This document shows, one piece after another, positions 49,901 to 62,835 of a stretch of DNA of 64,000 bases (positions within the stretch are counted from its first letter, which is position 1; each line of letters starts with the position of its first letter). Under the pieces are notes generated by a model that saw only the letters and a list, made by a program, of their open reading frames with translations, was not told the origin of the DNA and searched no databases. Both the position numbers and the translations under genes were made by a program. The stretch comes from Nemertoderma westbladi (taxonomy: Eukaryota; Animalia; Xenacoelomorpha), in NCBI GenBank assembly GCA_032718475.1, contig JAUCBJ010008006.1, positions 12,835 through 76,834 of the forward strand. The letters run 5' to 3'.

Positions 49901-50780
49901 CGGTATACCATGGTGCCATTGGACGCTCAATTACTGTCTTCGTTACCAATGGTGCATGTCTATCCAGTAGTGATAATAGTGTTTTGTCATAGAGTTCTAC
50001 CAGTTGGTCAACGTCATGCGGTAGTGGGTTTACACATAATGCTGATGTTTCGATATCTGAGATCAAGTTGCCCATGTTTATACGGCTCAGTTTCCTGTGC
50101 GAAATAATCTTTTTTACCGCAATAGGTTTTGGTAGTGATATATCAAAACATATTAAGTAGTGATCCGAGATACCGATGTCACACACCCGTATATCCTTAA
50201 TTATATCGATATCGTCTTTGTGCATCAACACCAAATCTAAAGTGTGTCCTTTGCGGTGTGTTGCCTCATGTAATAATTGTTCCATGCCAAAACAGTTCAC
50301 AACATCTAAGAAACTTGCAGATTCCTTATTTGTTGAATCATCCACCCAGAAGTTAAAATCTCCCATAATAATTAATTTCCCCGTTGCCACCATAAGTTGT
50401 TGCAGTAGATCACTAAATTCCTCAAGGAACATCGATGTATTTAGTTTGTTTACTGTTGAGGGATAAGTACGGTACAGAATTAACAGGCGGAAGTAGGCAC
50501 CAAGGTGCGTTAGTGTCAATTCAATATATTCGAAAGATCGATATGTAGCTCGTACGATCTTGAATGGTTCCATATCCAAACTGCCCTTGTAAGCGCAGCC
50601 AACTCCACCACCTGATGTCCATGTTCTGGGTTCGTGTGCGAATTTAAATCCAGCAGGGCACGTTTCCTCCACGACAGAGTCATCCTCATCCTTGCCTGTC
50701 AGCCATGTCTCCGTAAGAGCAAGTATGTCAATATTCAAGTCGACTATATAATCCTTAATTATTGCAGCCTTATTATTTAT
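46990..50780 (-). mobile_element. 5'-truncated L2-clade (CR1/L2 group) LINE
   Basis: ORF2, ~550-bp 3' UTR ending GCGCTATATAAATAAA...(TAT)n; candidate TSD TTACTA (46984-46989 and 50781-50786). Confidence 0.9.
47562..50738 (-). CDS. LINE ORF2: APE endonuclease and reverse transcriptase, with an in-frame Pro/Ser/Gly-rich repeat insert
   Basis: LTETWL, GGGVG, MGDFN, GHTLDLV, ISDH; FRPVSNL, QSAYR, LDLSAAFDTV, GLPQGSVLGP, FYADDTQLY; L2-type LHWLP and WNALP. Confidence 0.95.
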   Translation of the reverse strand: MNIDILALTETWLTGKDEDDSVVEETCPAGFKFAHEPRTWTSGGGVGCAYKGSLDMEPFKIVRATYRSFEYIELTLTHLGAYFRLLILYRTYPSTVNKLNTSMFLEEFSDLLQQLMVATGKLIIMGDFNFWVDDSTNKESASFLDVVNCFGMEQLLHEATHRKGHTLDLVLMHKDDIDIIKDIRVCDIGISDHYLICFDISLPKPIAVKKIISHRKLSRINMGNLISDIETSALCVNPLPHDVDQLVELYDKTLLSLLDRHAPLVTKTVIERPMAPWYTESIANEKRTRRRLERKYRTTKLHVDLLEYRNQCYKVAAAISTAKEQYYSGIIKNNSEDLKTLFKVVNKVLHRGNKVILPRHNSELELANRFVNYFDNKIKSIRDGLNHNGTSSGTPSGTPPTPSGTPPSPSGVLPAPSGVPPPTPCGSPPRPSGTPPTPSGTPPSPSGVLPAPSGVPTPTPCGSPPRPSGTPPAPSGTPQGPSGTPPTSSWAPLAPTRVPPAPSGAPSGTPPAPSGKPPGVPPAPSGTPPAPVLHKFCDVTSDGVEKLISDSKSKSSPRDPIPTSILKMSLKPLLMVITLIINLSLRTGTVASRFKEAILTPILKKLRLDPEILNHFRPVSNLLYISKLTEKVVVEQLKHHMNLNGLHEPYQSAYRPLHGTETALLSVADTVLRGIDDGSVCLFITLDLSAAFDTVEHSKLLQILKHDIGIDGVALKWFVSYLSERSQQVRIGNTYSIAKHLRYGLPQGSVLGPILFTVYTRSLSAVIKRHGLHCHFYADDTQLYLIFKPIELNSAVKVTESCLVDVLEWMDKNYLKMNSDKTKVLLLQSRFGIQQDPPVLTIGSDIISCSPNVRNIGFELDSQLTMCKQIGITVREAFFHLRNLSKIKRYVNKQNMEILIHALVTSKLDANNSLYYGLPKKSIQKLQYVQNSAARLLCGVKKRDHITPTLKALHWLPIVRRIDFKIALLTWKCVNNCAPKYLSDLLTPYLPIREMRSSGLGLLVAPRYNTEHYGRRSFSIAAPTVWNALPPAIRESSNVGIFKKRLKTHLYNLEYHVN

Positions 50781-50786
50781 TTACTA

Positions 50787-51100
50787 CATAGTTATTGTTG
50801 TTTACAGCCATGTATGTCTCTTGGCCTTGTTATCAATCCTATCCTGTTCACTATTATTTTTTCAGTAATCGTAAACGCAGTGCCGCTTGGGTTTTCTTGC
50901 CATGTGTAAATGCGCCTCCCCCGTGGTGATTTAGCTATCCATTCCGTACAGTTTGCTGTATCATGGATTTCCTTTTCATGTATTTGACACTTTACTCTAG
51001 GATCATATGGGACGTTTAGTTTACCTTTCTTCTGGTCCTCTCCCCGCGGTCGATATTTAAGGTTACTGTTCAAGTTCCTTCCTTGATATCCCAATCTACA
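50787..51100 (-). pseudogene. Old BEL/Pao remnant (gag knuckle/protease region), 5' part
   Basis: KCQIHEKEIHDTANCTEW knuckle-like motif; frame joins 46680-46983 when the LINE is removed. Confidence 0.55.
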
Positions 51101-51509
51101 GTATATCCTTCATTCTGTATACTGTACTTGCGTATGGAAGTGATTGCTGTTGCTCTGGCATTGAACTTACCATGCTATGTTCTACGAGTTGTTTATATTC
51201 ATTTCATGTTTAGTTTAGTTTAGTTTATTTCGCCACACATGTTAAAATACATAAATACAACAAACAATTATACCTGGCATCAACTTATACATACGCTACT
51301 GCGTGTTACACGGGATTGTTGCTAAATAATAATAAACACTGGTTTTACATTACATGGGTTTAGTCTAAAGGCGTTCACTTTTTCTAAACGCTTGTAGCGC
51401 TAAAGATTGATAGTAACAAGCGCGAAATCGTTCAAAGGTCCGCGTCTACTAATTCCTGAACTATCCCCCTTGAATGGATTACTACCAATCTTATTACCAA
51501 AAAATTAAC

Positions 51510-51573
51510 TGGAAAGAGGGATTGAACTCAGTACCTAGAGATCCAAGTCCGACCAACTTCGCCACTGCGCCGC
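51510..51573 (-). mobile_element. tRNA-derived SINE head or tRNA pseudogene fragment
   Basis: Minus strand GGCGCAGTGG (A box) ... GAGTTCAATCC (B box). Confidence 0.55.
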
Positions 51574-53069
51574 ATGAAGCGTTATAAAACTAAAACCTAA
51601 CTGGAAATTAACAACAACAACAGAGTGAGTCTCGCAACGCGGGCCTAAAAAAGTGGTCGGGAAGTGAAGCTCTCTTTGTTTAAAATTTTTAATGTGTTAA
51701 AATTATTATTTTTTAAATAATATAAAAAGATTAGGGGGGGGGGGGGGGGGGGTGTCGTGTCATTAACTTACGACACTATATTCCGTGGTATGGTATAAGA
51801 GTTAGTTTCGTGATAATTTCCGTTGTTTTGTCCAGAGAATACAATTTACACTCACAAAGTGCTACTGTACATTACACCATGGCGTAATAAATATATACCA
51901 AATTACTTAGCAATACGATTTTAAGAGAAGGGCAAATTCTTCGGCTATGTGGGGGCATGCGATGTCAATCCACCCACGTGTAAGAATATAATACTCAACA
52001 CAAAAGTTCACCCATTACGTGCTAATAACCCTGTTAGTCGTTAATAATTACATATTACAATAAACTAGGCTACTTATACAGTAAAAAAGTAATTATATCG
52101 ATAAATTACTTGCTCAGAAAATTACATTGGATATAAGTGGCTTATATTAATTATTACAATCAATTACAATACTCAATAGAGTTCATCGCTGGGGCTTTAA
52201 ATATTTCAGTGACAAAGTACCGGTACTAAATTTACGGATGTCAGTAATTTTAATTTAATTAGACGATACACTCGTACAGTTGGCCTATATAACAATTTAC
52301 AAAACTGTGATAATAAAATATTTCCAATAAATAACAAACGCAGTGAATTAAGTAGTACTGTAAAGTACTTTTACCAGTTTCCACTCTGTAGTTTCCGTCT
52401 TTGTAGTTTTATTCTAAAATAACTGTCGGCCTAACATTACGAAAACGACCAGAGACGTAGCGAGCCCTTCTGGCGCTCAGGGGAATGAAGCTTGCTCTTT
52501 AGTACAGCAACTTGCGCATTGAAGAAGTTTGCACTTAATTTGAAATAAATACATAAACCCATTAAAAAGTTTTTGCAATTTTAGCTTTTACAGACTAGCA
52601 TCGGTTGGTAGGCCTACTATGTACTACCAGTTGCTACAAATAAACAATTAATACTAATTAAACTGTATTATAATATTTATATTATTATAAGTTAAACTTT
52701 ATATCCCCTTATAATGAAACAGTTCGTGCTGACGTTGTGGTTTATGATTTTAGTTCTTCATGTTTCTATGACAATGGGAAATACCCAAACAAACATGATT
52801 CAAGGCAAGTAGCGGTAGCTAATGAGACACTTTTACGGGTAATAAGAAAGGTATTACATGCCCTACTATTATAGATCTTTATTAGGTTATGCTTAGTAAC
52901 CAAACTTGAATGAAAGTTATGGATTTATTAATTGAAGGTACATCCACTATGGTATACGTACAGTTATTTAACAACGGATTAATAACGCATTGGATACACT
53001 GCAATTAAAATATTTGTAGAAAATCGACACATACGTGTTGCTGACTGCTGATATACATACTGCCCTCCT

Positions 53070-53459
53070 AAGGCAAAACCATGTAACTCAAGAAATCGAG
53101 TTTTGAGAAAAATCAACCAAAAGTTAACGAATCTGCACAAAAACATGTAAATGTCTGTGTGAACATTTTCAACACTAAAGTTTAGTCAAATAGTATATTT
53201 AAATAGCTAGAAAGTCTTACAGCTCCAAACTTAAGCTAGCTATTTAAAAAATGTAATTTATTTTGATTTTCGAGTTACATGGACGGAATTACCTTACAAA
53301 TTCTAACCAGTTTACTTACAGTATATTACATCATGTAAATTATATAAATTTCCACAGCTGTTCCTAAGCCAATACAATGTAACTCGCACGAGATACATGG
53401 TGTACGCTTATAGTTACATGGAGTGTCATTATCACATTAGGGTTACATGGTTCTGCCTT
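53070..53459. mobile_element. Possible MITE
   Basis: Inverted termini AAGGCAAAACCATGTAAC / GTTACATGGTTCTGCCTT; no clear TSD. Confidence 0.45.
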
Positions 53460-54372
53460 GGCATGCCTTAACAAATTCATATAACAAAGACACATGACCT
53501 GTACAAAAACAAATGTGATAACTTTCGTTTATTGTTTTGGTTCCTCCAACACGCCTCTGTGACCTGCTCCTTTACTAACCCGCTCCTTTAAATGGCAATG
53601 GGACCTAACGCTCTTTGTGACTTAACGCGACTTTACCTCTTTGTTTTGTACAAAGGGTTTTGGGACTTTGTTTTGTACTCACCCTACTGCGACGACTATT
53701 CTAAATATATTGTGTATTTACAATTCTTTAGGGTCAACCAATGATGTACGAAGAGTTGAGTCGTCAGCTGTGGAAACCAAAGTTAATAGAAGAAACCCTC
53801 AAAGGAGAAGTTATTATTGCGGATTTCTATTCAGTTGTCGTTAACGAAATTATAATTATTTATTACAGTACTCTGCAAACAGTATATACTATGTTACTCC
53901 TTTATTGGCTCTATGAGTTTACTCTCGGATATTAATTTATATTATATGTGTGGAAAACTGGGCGTTTTAGATTTGAGAGATAGTCCTTGATAGATAAGTT
54001 GGCGCCAGTTACCGAGGGAGTGCAGCCAAGTGACGGCTACCAATACAATATTAACAACATACAGTTGTAGGTGAGATATTTCTTTAGGTAGAAAATGTGA
54101 AAAAGTTTATTTGAAGTAAGCAACCACTGAGTTTATTTAATATTGTGAATAATGAGGAAACAGGATTAAAGACTGCTGCTGCAGAGGTTTGCACAAGGCA
54201 CCAGGTTGTCGACTTGAGAGTGAGGAAAAAGTGCCGTGCAGCCTCTTAAATACTTTCTTAGGAAGCGATCTGATTGGCTAGCTACTTAAGGATACTGCTG
54301 AGTGGCCAATTTTTAACTTTTTGATTGGAAAGGCAGTAAGGGACACTCCCGCTAGAGGTGTGTTAGACAAAG

Positions 54373-57300
54373 TGCCTGGAAACACAGTTGTAAGGACAAT
54401 ATCACCTGGAAACACATAGTTGTAAGGATGGAAACACCTAGTTGTAAGGACGGAATCACCCTAAGACACAGTTGTAAGGACGGAAACACCTGGAAACACA
54501 TACACTTGGAAACACATAGTTGTAAGGACTGAAACACCTGGAAACACATAGTTGTTAGGACGGAAACACCTGGAAACACATAGTTGTAAGGACGGAAACA
54601 CATAGTTGTAAGGACGATATCACCTGGAAACACATAGTTGTAAGGATGGAAACACCTAGTTGTAAGGACGGAATCACCCTGAAACACATAGGGCCTAGAT
54701 GTAGGGACGGAATCACCCTGAAACACAGTTGTAAGGACGGAAACACCTGAAAACACATAGTTGTAAGGACGGAAACACCTGGAAACATATAGTTGTAAGG
54801 ACGGAAACACCTGGAAACACATAGTTGTAAGGACAGAAACACCTGGAAACACATAGTTGTAAGGACGAAAACACCTGGAAACACATAGTTGTAAGGACGG
54901 AAACACCTAGTTGTAAAGACGGAAACACGGAAACATATAGTTGTAAGGACGAAAACACCTGGAAACACATAGTTGTAAGGACGGAAACACATAGTTGTAA
55001 GGACGGAATCACATAGTTGTAAGGACGGAAACACCTGGAAACACATAGTTGTAAGGACGGAAACACCTGTAAACCCATAGTTGTAAGGACGGAAACACCT
55101 GGAAACGCATAGTCGTAAGGACGGAAACACCTGGAAACACATAGGGGTAAGGACGGAAACACCTAGTTGTAAAGACGGAAACACCTGGAAACAAATAGTT
55201 GTAAGGACGGAAACACCTGGAAACACATGGTTGTAAGGACGGAAACACCTGGAAACACATAGTTGTAAGGACGGAAACACCTGGAAACACATAGTTGTAA
55301 GGACGGAAACACCTGGAAACACATAGTTGTAAGGACGGAAACACCTGGAAACACATAGTTGTAAGGACGGAAACACCTAGTTGTAAAGACGGAAACACTT
55401 GGAAACAAATAGTTGTAAGGACGGAAACACCTGGAAACACATGGTTGTAAGGACGGAAACACCTGGAAACACATAGTTGTAAGGACGGAAACACCTGGAA
55501 ACACATAATTGTAAGGACGGAAACACCTGGAAACACATAGTTGTAAGGACGAAAACACCTAGTTGTAAGGACGGAAACACATAGTTGTAAGGACGGAAAC
55601 ACCTGGAAACACATAGATGTAAGGACGGAAACACCTGGAAACACATAGTTGTAAGGACGAAACACCTGGAAACACATAGTTGTAAGGACGGAAACACCTG
55701 GAAACACATAGTTGTAAGGACGGAAACACCTGGAAACACATAGTTGTAAGGACGAAAACACCTAGTTGTAAAGACGGAAGCACATAGTTGTAAGGACGGA
55801 AACACATAGTTGTAAGGACGGAAACACATAGTTGTAAGGACGGAATCACCCTGAAACACAGTTGTAAGGACGGAAACACCTGAAAACACATAGTTGTAAG
55901 GACGGAAACACCTGGAAACATATAGTTGTAAGGACGGAAACACCTGGAAACACATAGTTGTAAGGACAGAAACACCTGGAAACACATAGTTGTAAGGACG
56001 AAAACACCTGGAAACACATAGTTGTAAGGACGGAAACACCTAGTTGTAAAGACGGAAACACGGAAACATATAGTTGTAAGGACGAAAACACCTGGAAACA
56101 CATAGTTGTAAGGACGGAAACACATAGTTGTAAGGACGGAATCACATAGTTGTAAGGACGGAAACACCTGGAAACACATAGTTGTAAGGACGGAAACACC
56201 TGTAAACCCATAGTTGTAAGGACGGAAACACCTGGAAACGCATAGTCGTAAGGACGGAAACACCTGGAAACACATAGGGGTAAGGACGGAAACACCTAGT
56301 TGTAAAGACGGAAACACCTGGAAACAAATAGTTGTAAGGACGGAAACACCTGGAAACACATGGTTGTAAGGACGGAAACACCTGGAAACACATAGTTGTA
56401 AGGACGGAAACACCTGGAAACACATAGTTGTAAGGACGGAAACACCTGGAAACACATAGTTGTAAGGACGGAAACACCTGGAAACACATAGTTGTAAGGA
56501 CGGAATCACCCTGAAACACAGTTGTAAGGACGGAAACACCTGAAAACACATAGTTGTAAGGACGGAAACACCTGGAAACATATAGTTGTAAGGACGGAAA
56601 CACCTGGAAACACATAGTTGTAAGGACAGAAACACCTGGAAACACATAGTTGTAAGGACGAAAACACCTGGAAACACATAGTTGTAAGGACGGAAACACC
56701 TAGTTGTAAAGACGGAAACACGGAAACATATAGTTGTAAGGACGAAAACACCTGGAAACACATAGTTGTAAGGACGGAAACACATAGTTGTAAGGACGGA
56801 ATCACATAGTTGTAAGGACGGAAACACCTGGAAACACATAGTTGTAAGGACGGAAACACCTGTAAACCCATAGTTGTAAGGACGGAAACACCTGGAAACG
56901 CATAGTCGTAAGGACGGAAACACCTGGAAACACATAGGGGTAAGGACGGAAACACCTAGTTGTAAAGACGGAAACACCTGGAAACAAATAGTTGTAAGGA
57001 CGGAAACACCTGGAAACACATGGTTGTAAGGACGGAAACACCTGGAAACACATAGTTGTAAGGACGGAAACACCTGGAAACACATAGTTGTAAGGACGGA
57101 AACACCTGGAAACACATAGTTGTAAGGACGGAAACACCTGGAAACACATAGTTGTAAGGACGGAAACACCTAGTTGTAAAGACGGAAACACCTGGAAACA
57201 AATAGTTGTAAGGACGGAAACACCTGGAAACACATAGTTGTAAGGACGGAAACACCTGGAAACACATAGTTGTAAGGACGAAAACACCTAGTTGTAAGGA

Positions 57301-60300
57301 CGGAAACACATAGTTGTAAGGACGGAAACACCTGGAAACACATAGATGTAAGGACGGAAACACCTGGAAACACATAGTTGTAAGGACGAAACACTTGGAA
57401 ACACATAGTTGTAAGGACGGAAACACCTGGAAACACATAGTTGTAAGGACGGAAACACCTGGAAACACATAGTTGTAAGGACGAAAACACCTAGTTGTAA
57501 AGACGGAAGCACATAGTTGTAAGGACGGAAACACATAGTTGTAAGGACGGAAACACATAGTTGTAAGGACGGAAACACCTGGAAACACATAGTTGTAAGG
57601 ACGGAAACACCTGGAAACACATAGTTGTAAGGACGGAAACACCTGGAAACACATAGTTGTAAGGACGAAACACCTGGAAACACATAGTTGTAAGGACGGA
57701 AACTCCTGGAATCACATAGTTGTAAGGACGGAAACACCTGGAAACACATAGTTGTAAGGACGAAAACACCTAGTTGTAAAGACGGAAACACATAGTTGTA
57801 AGGACGGAAACACATAGTTGTAAGGACGGAAACACCTGGAAACACATAGTTGTAAGGACGGAAACACCTGGAAACACATAGTTGTAAGGACGAAAACACC
57901 TATTTGTAAAGACGGAAACACATAGTTGTAAGGACGGAAACACATAGTTGTAAGGACGGAAACACATAGTTGTAAGGACGGAAACACCTGGAAACACATA
58001 GATGTAAGGACGGAAACACCTGGAAACACATAGTTGTAAGGACGAAACACCTGGAAACACATAGTTGTAAGGACGGAAACACCTGGAAACACATAGTTGT
58101 AAGGACGGAAACACCTGGAAACACATGGTTGTAAGGACGGAAACACCTGGAAACACATAGTTGTAAGGACGGAAACACCTGGACACACATAGTTGTAAGG
58201 ACGGAAACACCTGGAAACACATAGTTGTAAGGACGAAAACACCTAGTTGTAAAGACGGAAACACATAGTTGTAAGGACGGAAACACATAGTTGTAAGGAC
58301 GGAAACACATAGTTGTAAAGACGGAAACACATAGTTGTAAGGACGGAAACACATAGTTGTAAGGACGGAAACACATAGTTGTAAGGACGGAAACACCTGG
58401 AAACACATAGATGTAAGGACGGAAACACCTGGAAACACATAGTTGTAAGGACGAAACACCTGGAAACACATAGTTGTAAGGACGGAAACACCTGGAAACA
58501 CATAGTTGTAAGGACGGAAACACCTGGAAACACATAGTTGTAAGGACGAAACACCTGGAAACACATAGATGTAAGGACGGAAACACCTGGAAACACATAG
58601 TTGTAAGGACGAAACACCTGGAAACACATAGTTGTAAGGACGGAAACACCTGGAAACACATAGTTGTAAGGACGGAAACACCTGGAAACACATGGTTGTA
58701 AGGACGGAAACACCTGGAAACACATAGTTGTAAGGACGGAAACACCTGGACACACATAGTTGTAAGGACGGAAACACCTGGAAACACATAGTTGTAAGGA
58801 CGAAAACACCTAGTTGTAAAGACGGAAACACATAGTTGTAAGGACGGAAACACATAGTTGTAAGGACGGAAACACATAGTTGTAAAGACGGAAACACATA
58901 GTTGTAAGGACGGAAACACATAGTTGTAAGGACGGAAACACATAGTTGTAAGGACGGAAACACCTGGAAACACATAGATGTAAGGACGGAAACACCTGGA
59001 AACACATAGTTGTAAGGACGAAACACCTGGAAACACATAGTTGTAAGGACGGAAACACCTGGAAACACATAGTTGTAAGGACGGAAACACCTGGAAACAC
59101 ATAGTTGTAAGGACGAAAACACCTAGTTGTAAAGACGGAAACACATAGTTGTAAGGACGGAAACACATAGTTGTAAGGACGGAAACACATAGTTGTAAGG
59201 ACGGAAACACCTGGAAACACATAGTTGTAAGGACGGAAACACCTGGAAACACATAGTTGTAAGGACGGAAACACCTGGAAACACATAGTTGTAAGGACGA
59301 AACACCTGGAAACACATAGTTGTAAGGACGGAAACACCTGGAAACACATAGTTGTAAGGACGGAAACACCTGGAAACACATAGTTGTAAGGACGAAAACA
59401 CCTAGTTGTAAAGACGGAAACACATAGTTGTAAGGACGGAAACACATAGTTGTAAGGACGGAAACACCTGGAAACACATAGTTGTAAGGACGGAAACACC
59501 TGGAAACACATAGTTGTAAGGACGAAAACACCTAGTTGTAAAGACGGAAACACATCGTTGTAAGGACGGAAACACATAGTTGTAAGGACGGAAACACATA
59601 GTTGTAAGGACGGAAACACCTGGAAACACATAGATGTAAGGACGGAAACACCTGGAAACACATAGTTGTAAGGACGAAACACCTGGAAACACATAGTTGT
59701 AAGGACGGAAACACCTGGAAACACATAGTTGTAAGGACGGAAACACCTGGAAACACATGGTTGTAAGGACGGAAACACCTGGAAACACATAGTTGTAAGG
59801 ACGGAAACACCTGGACACACATAGTTGTAAGGACGGAAACACCTGGAAACACATAGTTGTAAGGACGAAAACACCTAGTTGTAAAGACGGAAACACATAG
59901 TTGTAAGGACGGAAACACATAGTTGTAAGGACGGAAACACATAGTTGTAAGGACGGAAACACCTGGAAACACATAGATGCAAGGACGGAAACACCTGGAA
60001 ACACATAGTTGTAAGGACGAAACACCTGGAAACACATAGTTGTAAGGACGGAAACACCTGGAAACACATAGTTGTAAGGACGGAAACACCTGGAAACACA
60101 TAGTTGTAAGGACGGAAACACCTGGAAACACATAGTTGTAAGGACGGAAACACCTAGTTGTAAAGACGGAAACACGGAAACATATAGTTGTAAGGACGAA
60201 AACACCTGGAAACACATAGTTGTAAGGACGGAAACACCTGTAAACCCATAGTTGTAAGGACGGAAACACCTGGAAACGCATAGGGGTAAGGACGGAAACA

Positions 60301-60801
60301 CCTAGTTGTAAAGAAGGAAACACCTGGAAACAAATAGTTGTAAGGACGGAAACACCTGGAAACACATGGTTGTAAGGACGGAAACACCTGGAAACACATA
60401 GTTGTAAGGACGGAAACACCTGGAAACACATAATTGTAAGGACGGAAACACATAGTTGTAAGGACGGAAACACCTGGAAACACATAGTTGTAAGGACGGA
60501 AACACCTGGAAACGCATAGTTGTAAGGACGGAAACACCTGGAAACACATAGTTGTAAGGACGAAAACACCTAGTTGTAAAGACGGAAACACATAGTTGTA
60601 AGGACGGAAACACCTGGAAACACATAGTTGTAAGGACGGAAACACCTAGTTGTAAAGACGGAAACACGGAAACATATAGTTGTAAGGACGGAAACACCTG
60701 GAAACACATAGTTGTAAGGACGGAAACACCTAGTTGTAAAGACGGAAACACGGAAACATATAGTTGTAAGGACGAAAACACCTGGAAACACATAGTTGTA
60801 A
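54373..60801. repeat. 32/22-bp satellite with higher-order structure
   Basis: Units GTTGTAAGGACGGAAACACCTGGAAACACATA and GTTGTAAGGACGGAAACACATA; blocks recur at 660-bp and 1133-bp offsets. Confidence 0.98.
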
Positions 60802-61533
60802 GGGGAAGATGGGAATGTGGGAAGATGGGAAGGTGGATGGGAATGTGGGAAGGTGTGGGAATGTGGGAAGATGGGAATGTGGGAAGGTGGATGGGAATTT
60901 GGGATGGTGGGTGGGAATGAAGGAAGATGGGAATGCGGGAAGGTGGGTGGGAATTTGGGAAGATGGGAATGCGGGAAGGTGGGTGGGAATTTGGGAAGGT
61001 GGGCGGGAATGTGGGAAAAAGGTTGTGTGGGAAGTTGGGTGGGAATATAGGAAGATGGGAAGGTGGGTGGGAATGTGGAAATGTAGGAAGATGGGAATGT
61101 GGGAAGATGGGAATGTGGGAAGATGGGAATGCGGGAAGGTGGCTGGGAATTTGGGAAGGTGGGCGGGAATGTGGGAAGATGGATGGGAATGTGGGAAGAT
61201 GGGAATGTGGATGGGAATTTGGGAAGGTGGGCGGGAATGTGGGAAGGTGGGTGGGAATGTAGGAAGATGTGAATGTGGAAAGGTGGATGGGAATGTGGGA
61301 AGGTGGGTGGGAATTTGGGAAGGTGGGCGGGAATGTGGGAAGATGGGAATGTGGGAAGGTGGGTGGGAACGTAGGAAGATGGGAATGTGGGAAGGTGGAC
61401 GGGAATGTGGGAAGGTGGGTGGGAATTTGGGAAGGTGGGCGGGAATGTGGGAAGATGGGAATGTGGGAAGGTGGATGGGAATGTGGGAATATGGGTGGGA
61501 ATGTAGGAAGACGGAATGTGGGAAGATGGGAAT
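60802..61533 (+). repeat. G-rich TGGGAATGTGGGAAGG-type array
   Basis: Dense GGG runs on the + strand. Confidence 0.95.
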
Positions 61534-61559
61534 GACGTTATTTTTACCTACCAAAAGAG

Positions 61560-62825
61560 GGAAAGGAGCAGGTTAAATAGGCGGGCTTTTCTAACCTAAA
61601 CAATAAACGATATTGTTACCAATTGAGAGAAATGTGCAGGTTACAAGGACGCTCTTTCTAACCAAAACAATAAACGATGTTGTTACCAATTGAGTGAAAG
61701 GAGCAGGTTACAAGGAGGCTCTTTCTAACCAAAACAATAAACGATGTTGTTACCAATTGAGTGAAAGGAGCAGGTTACAAGGACGCTCTTTCTAACCAAA
61801 ACAATAAACGATGTTGTTACCAATTGAGTGAAAGGAGCAGGTTACAAGGAGGCTCTTTCTAACCAAAACAATAAACGATGTTGTTACCAATTGAGTGAAA
61901 GGAGCAGGTTACAGAGGCGGGCTTCTCTAACCAAAACAATAAACGATATTGTTCCCAATTGAGGGAGAGGAGATGGTTAAATAGGCGGGCTTTTCTAACC
62001 TAAACAATAAACGATATTGTTACCAATTGAGAGAAATGTGCAGGTTACAAGGACGCTCTTTCTAACCAAAACAATAAACGATGTTGTTACCAATTGAGTG
62101 AAAGGAGCAGGTTACAAGGAGGCTCTTTCTAACCAAAACAATAAACGATGTTGTTACCAATTGAGTGAAAGGAGCAGGTTACAGAGGCGGGCTTCTCTAA
62201 CCAAAACAATAAACGATATTGTTCCCAATTGAGGGAGAAGAGCAGGTTACAGTGGCGGGCTTTTCTAACTAAAACAATAAACGATATTGTTACCAATTGA
62301 GTGAAAGGAGCAGGTTACAGGGACGCTCTTTCTAACCAAAACTATAAACGATGTTGTTACCAATTGAGGGAAAGGAGCAGGTTACAGGGATGCTCTTTCT
62401 AACCAAAACAATAAACGATGTTGTTACCAACTGAGGGAAAGGAGCAGGTTACAGGGACGATCTTTCTAACCAAAACAATAAACGATGTTGTTACCAATTG
62501 AGGGAAAGGAGCAGGTTACAGAGGCGGGCTTTTCTAACCAAAACGAAATTGTTACCAATTGAGAGAAAGGAGCAGGTTACAGAGGCGGGCTTTTCTAAAC
62601 GAAACAATAAACTATGTTGTTACCATTTGAAGGAGAGGAGTAGTTTACAGAGGCGGCTTTTCAGTACAAAACAATAAACGTTGTTTTTACCTACCAATTG
62701 AGAGAAAGGAGCAGGTCACAGCAGCGGGCATTTCTAACCAAAACAATAAACGTTGTTGTGTTGTTATCTACCAATTTAAGGAAAGGAGCAGGTTACAGCA
62801 ACGGGCTTTTCTATCCAAACAATAT
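61560..62825. repeat. 67-bp satellite, ~18 copies
   Basis: Unit AAAGGAGCAGGTTACAAGGAGGCTCTTTCTAACCAAAACAATAAACGATGTTGTTACCAATTGAGTG. Confidence 0.95.
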
Positions 62826-62835
62826 ACATTGTTAT

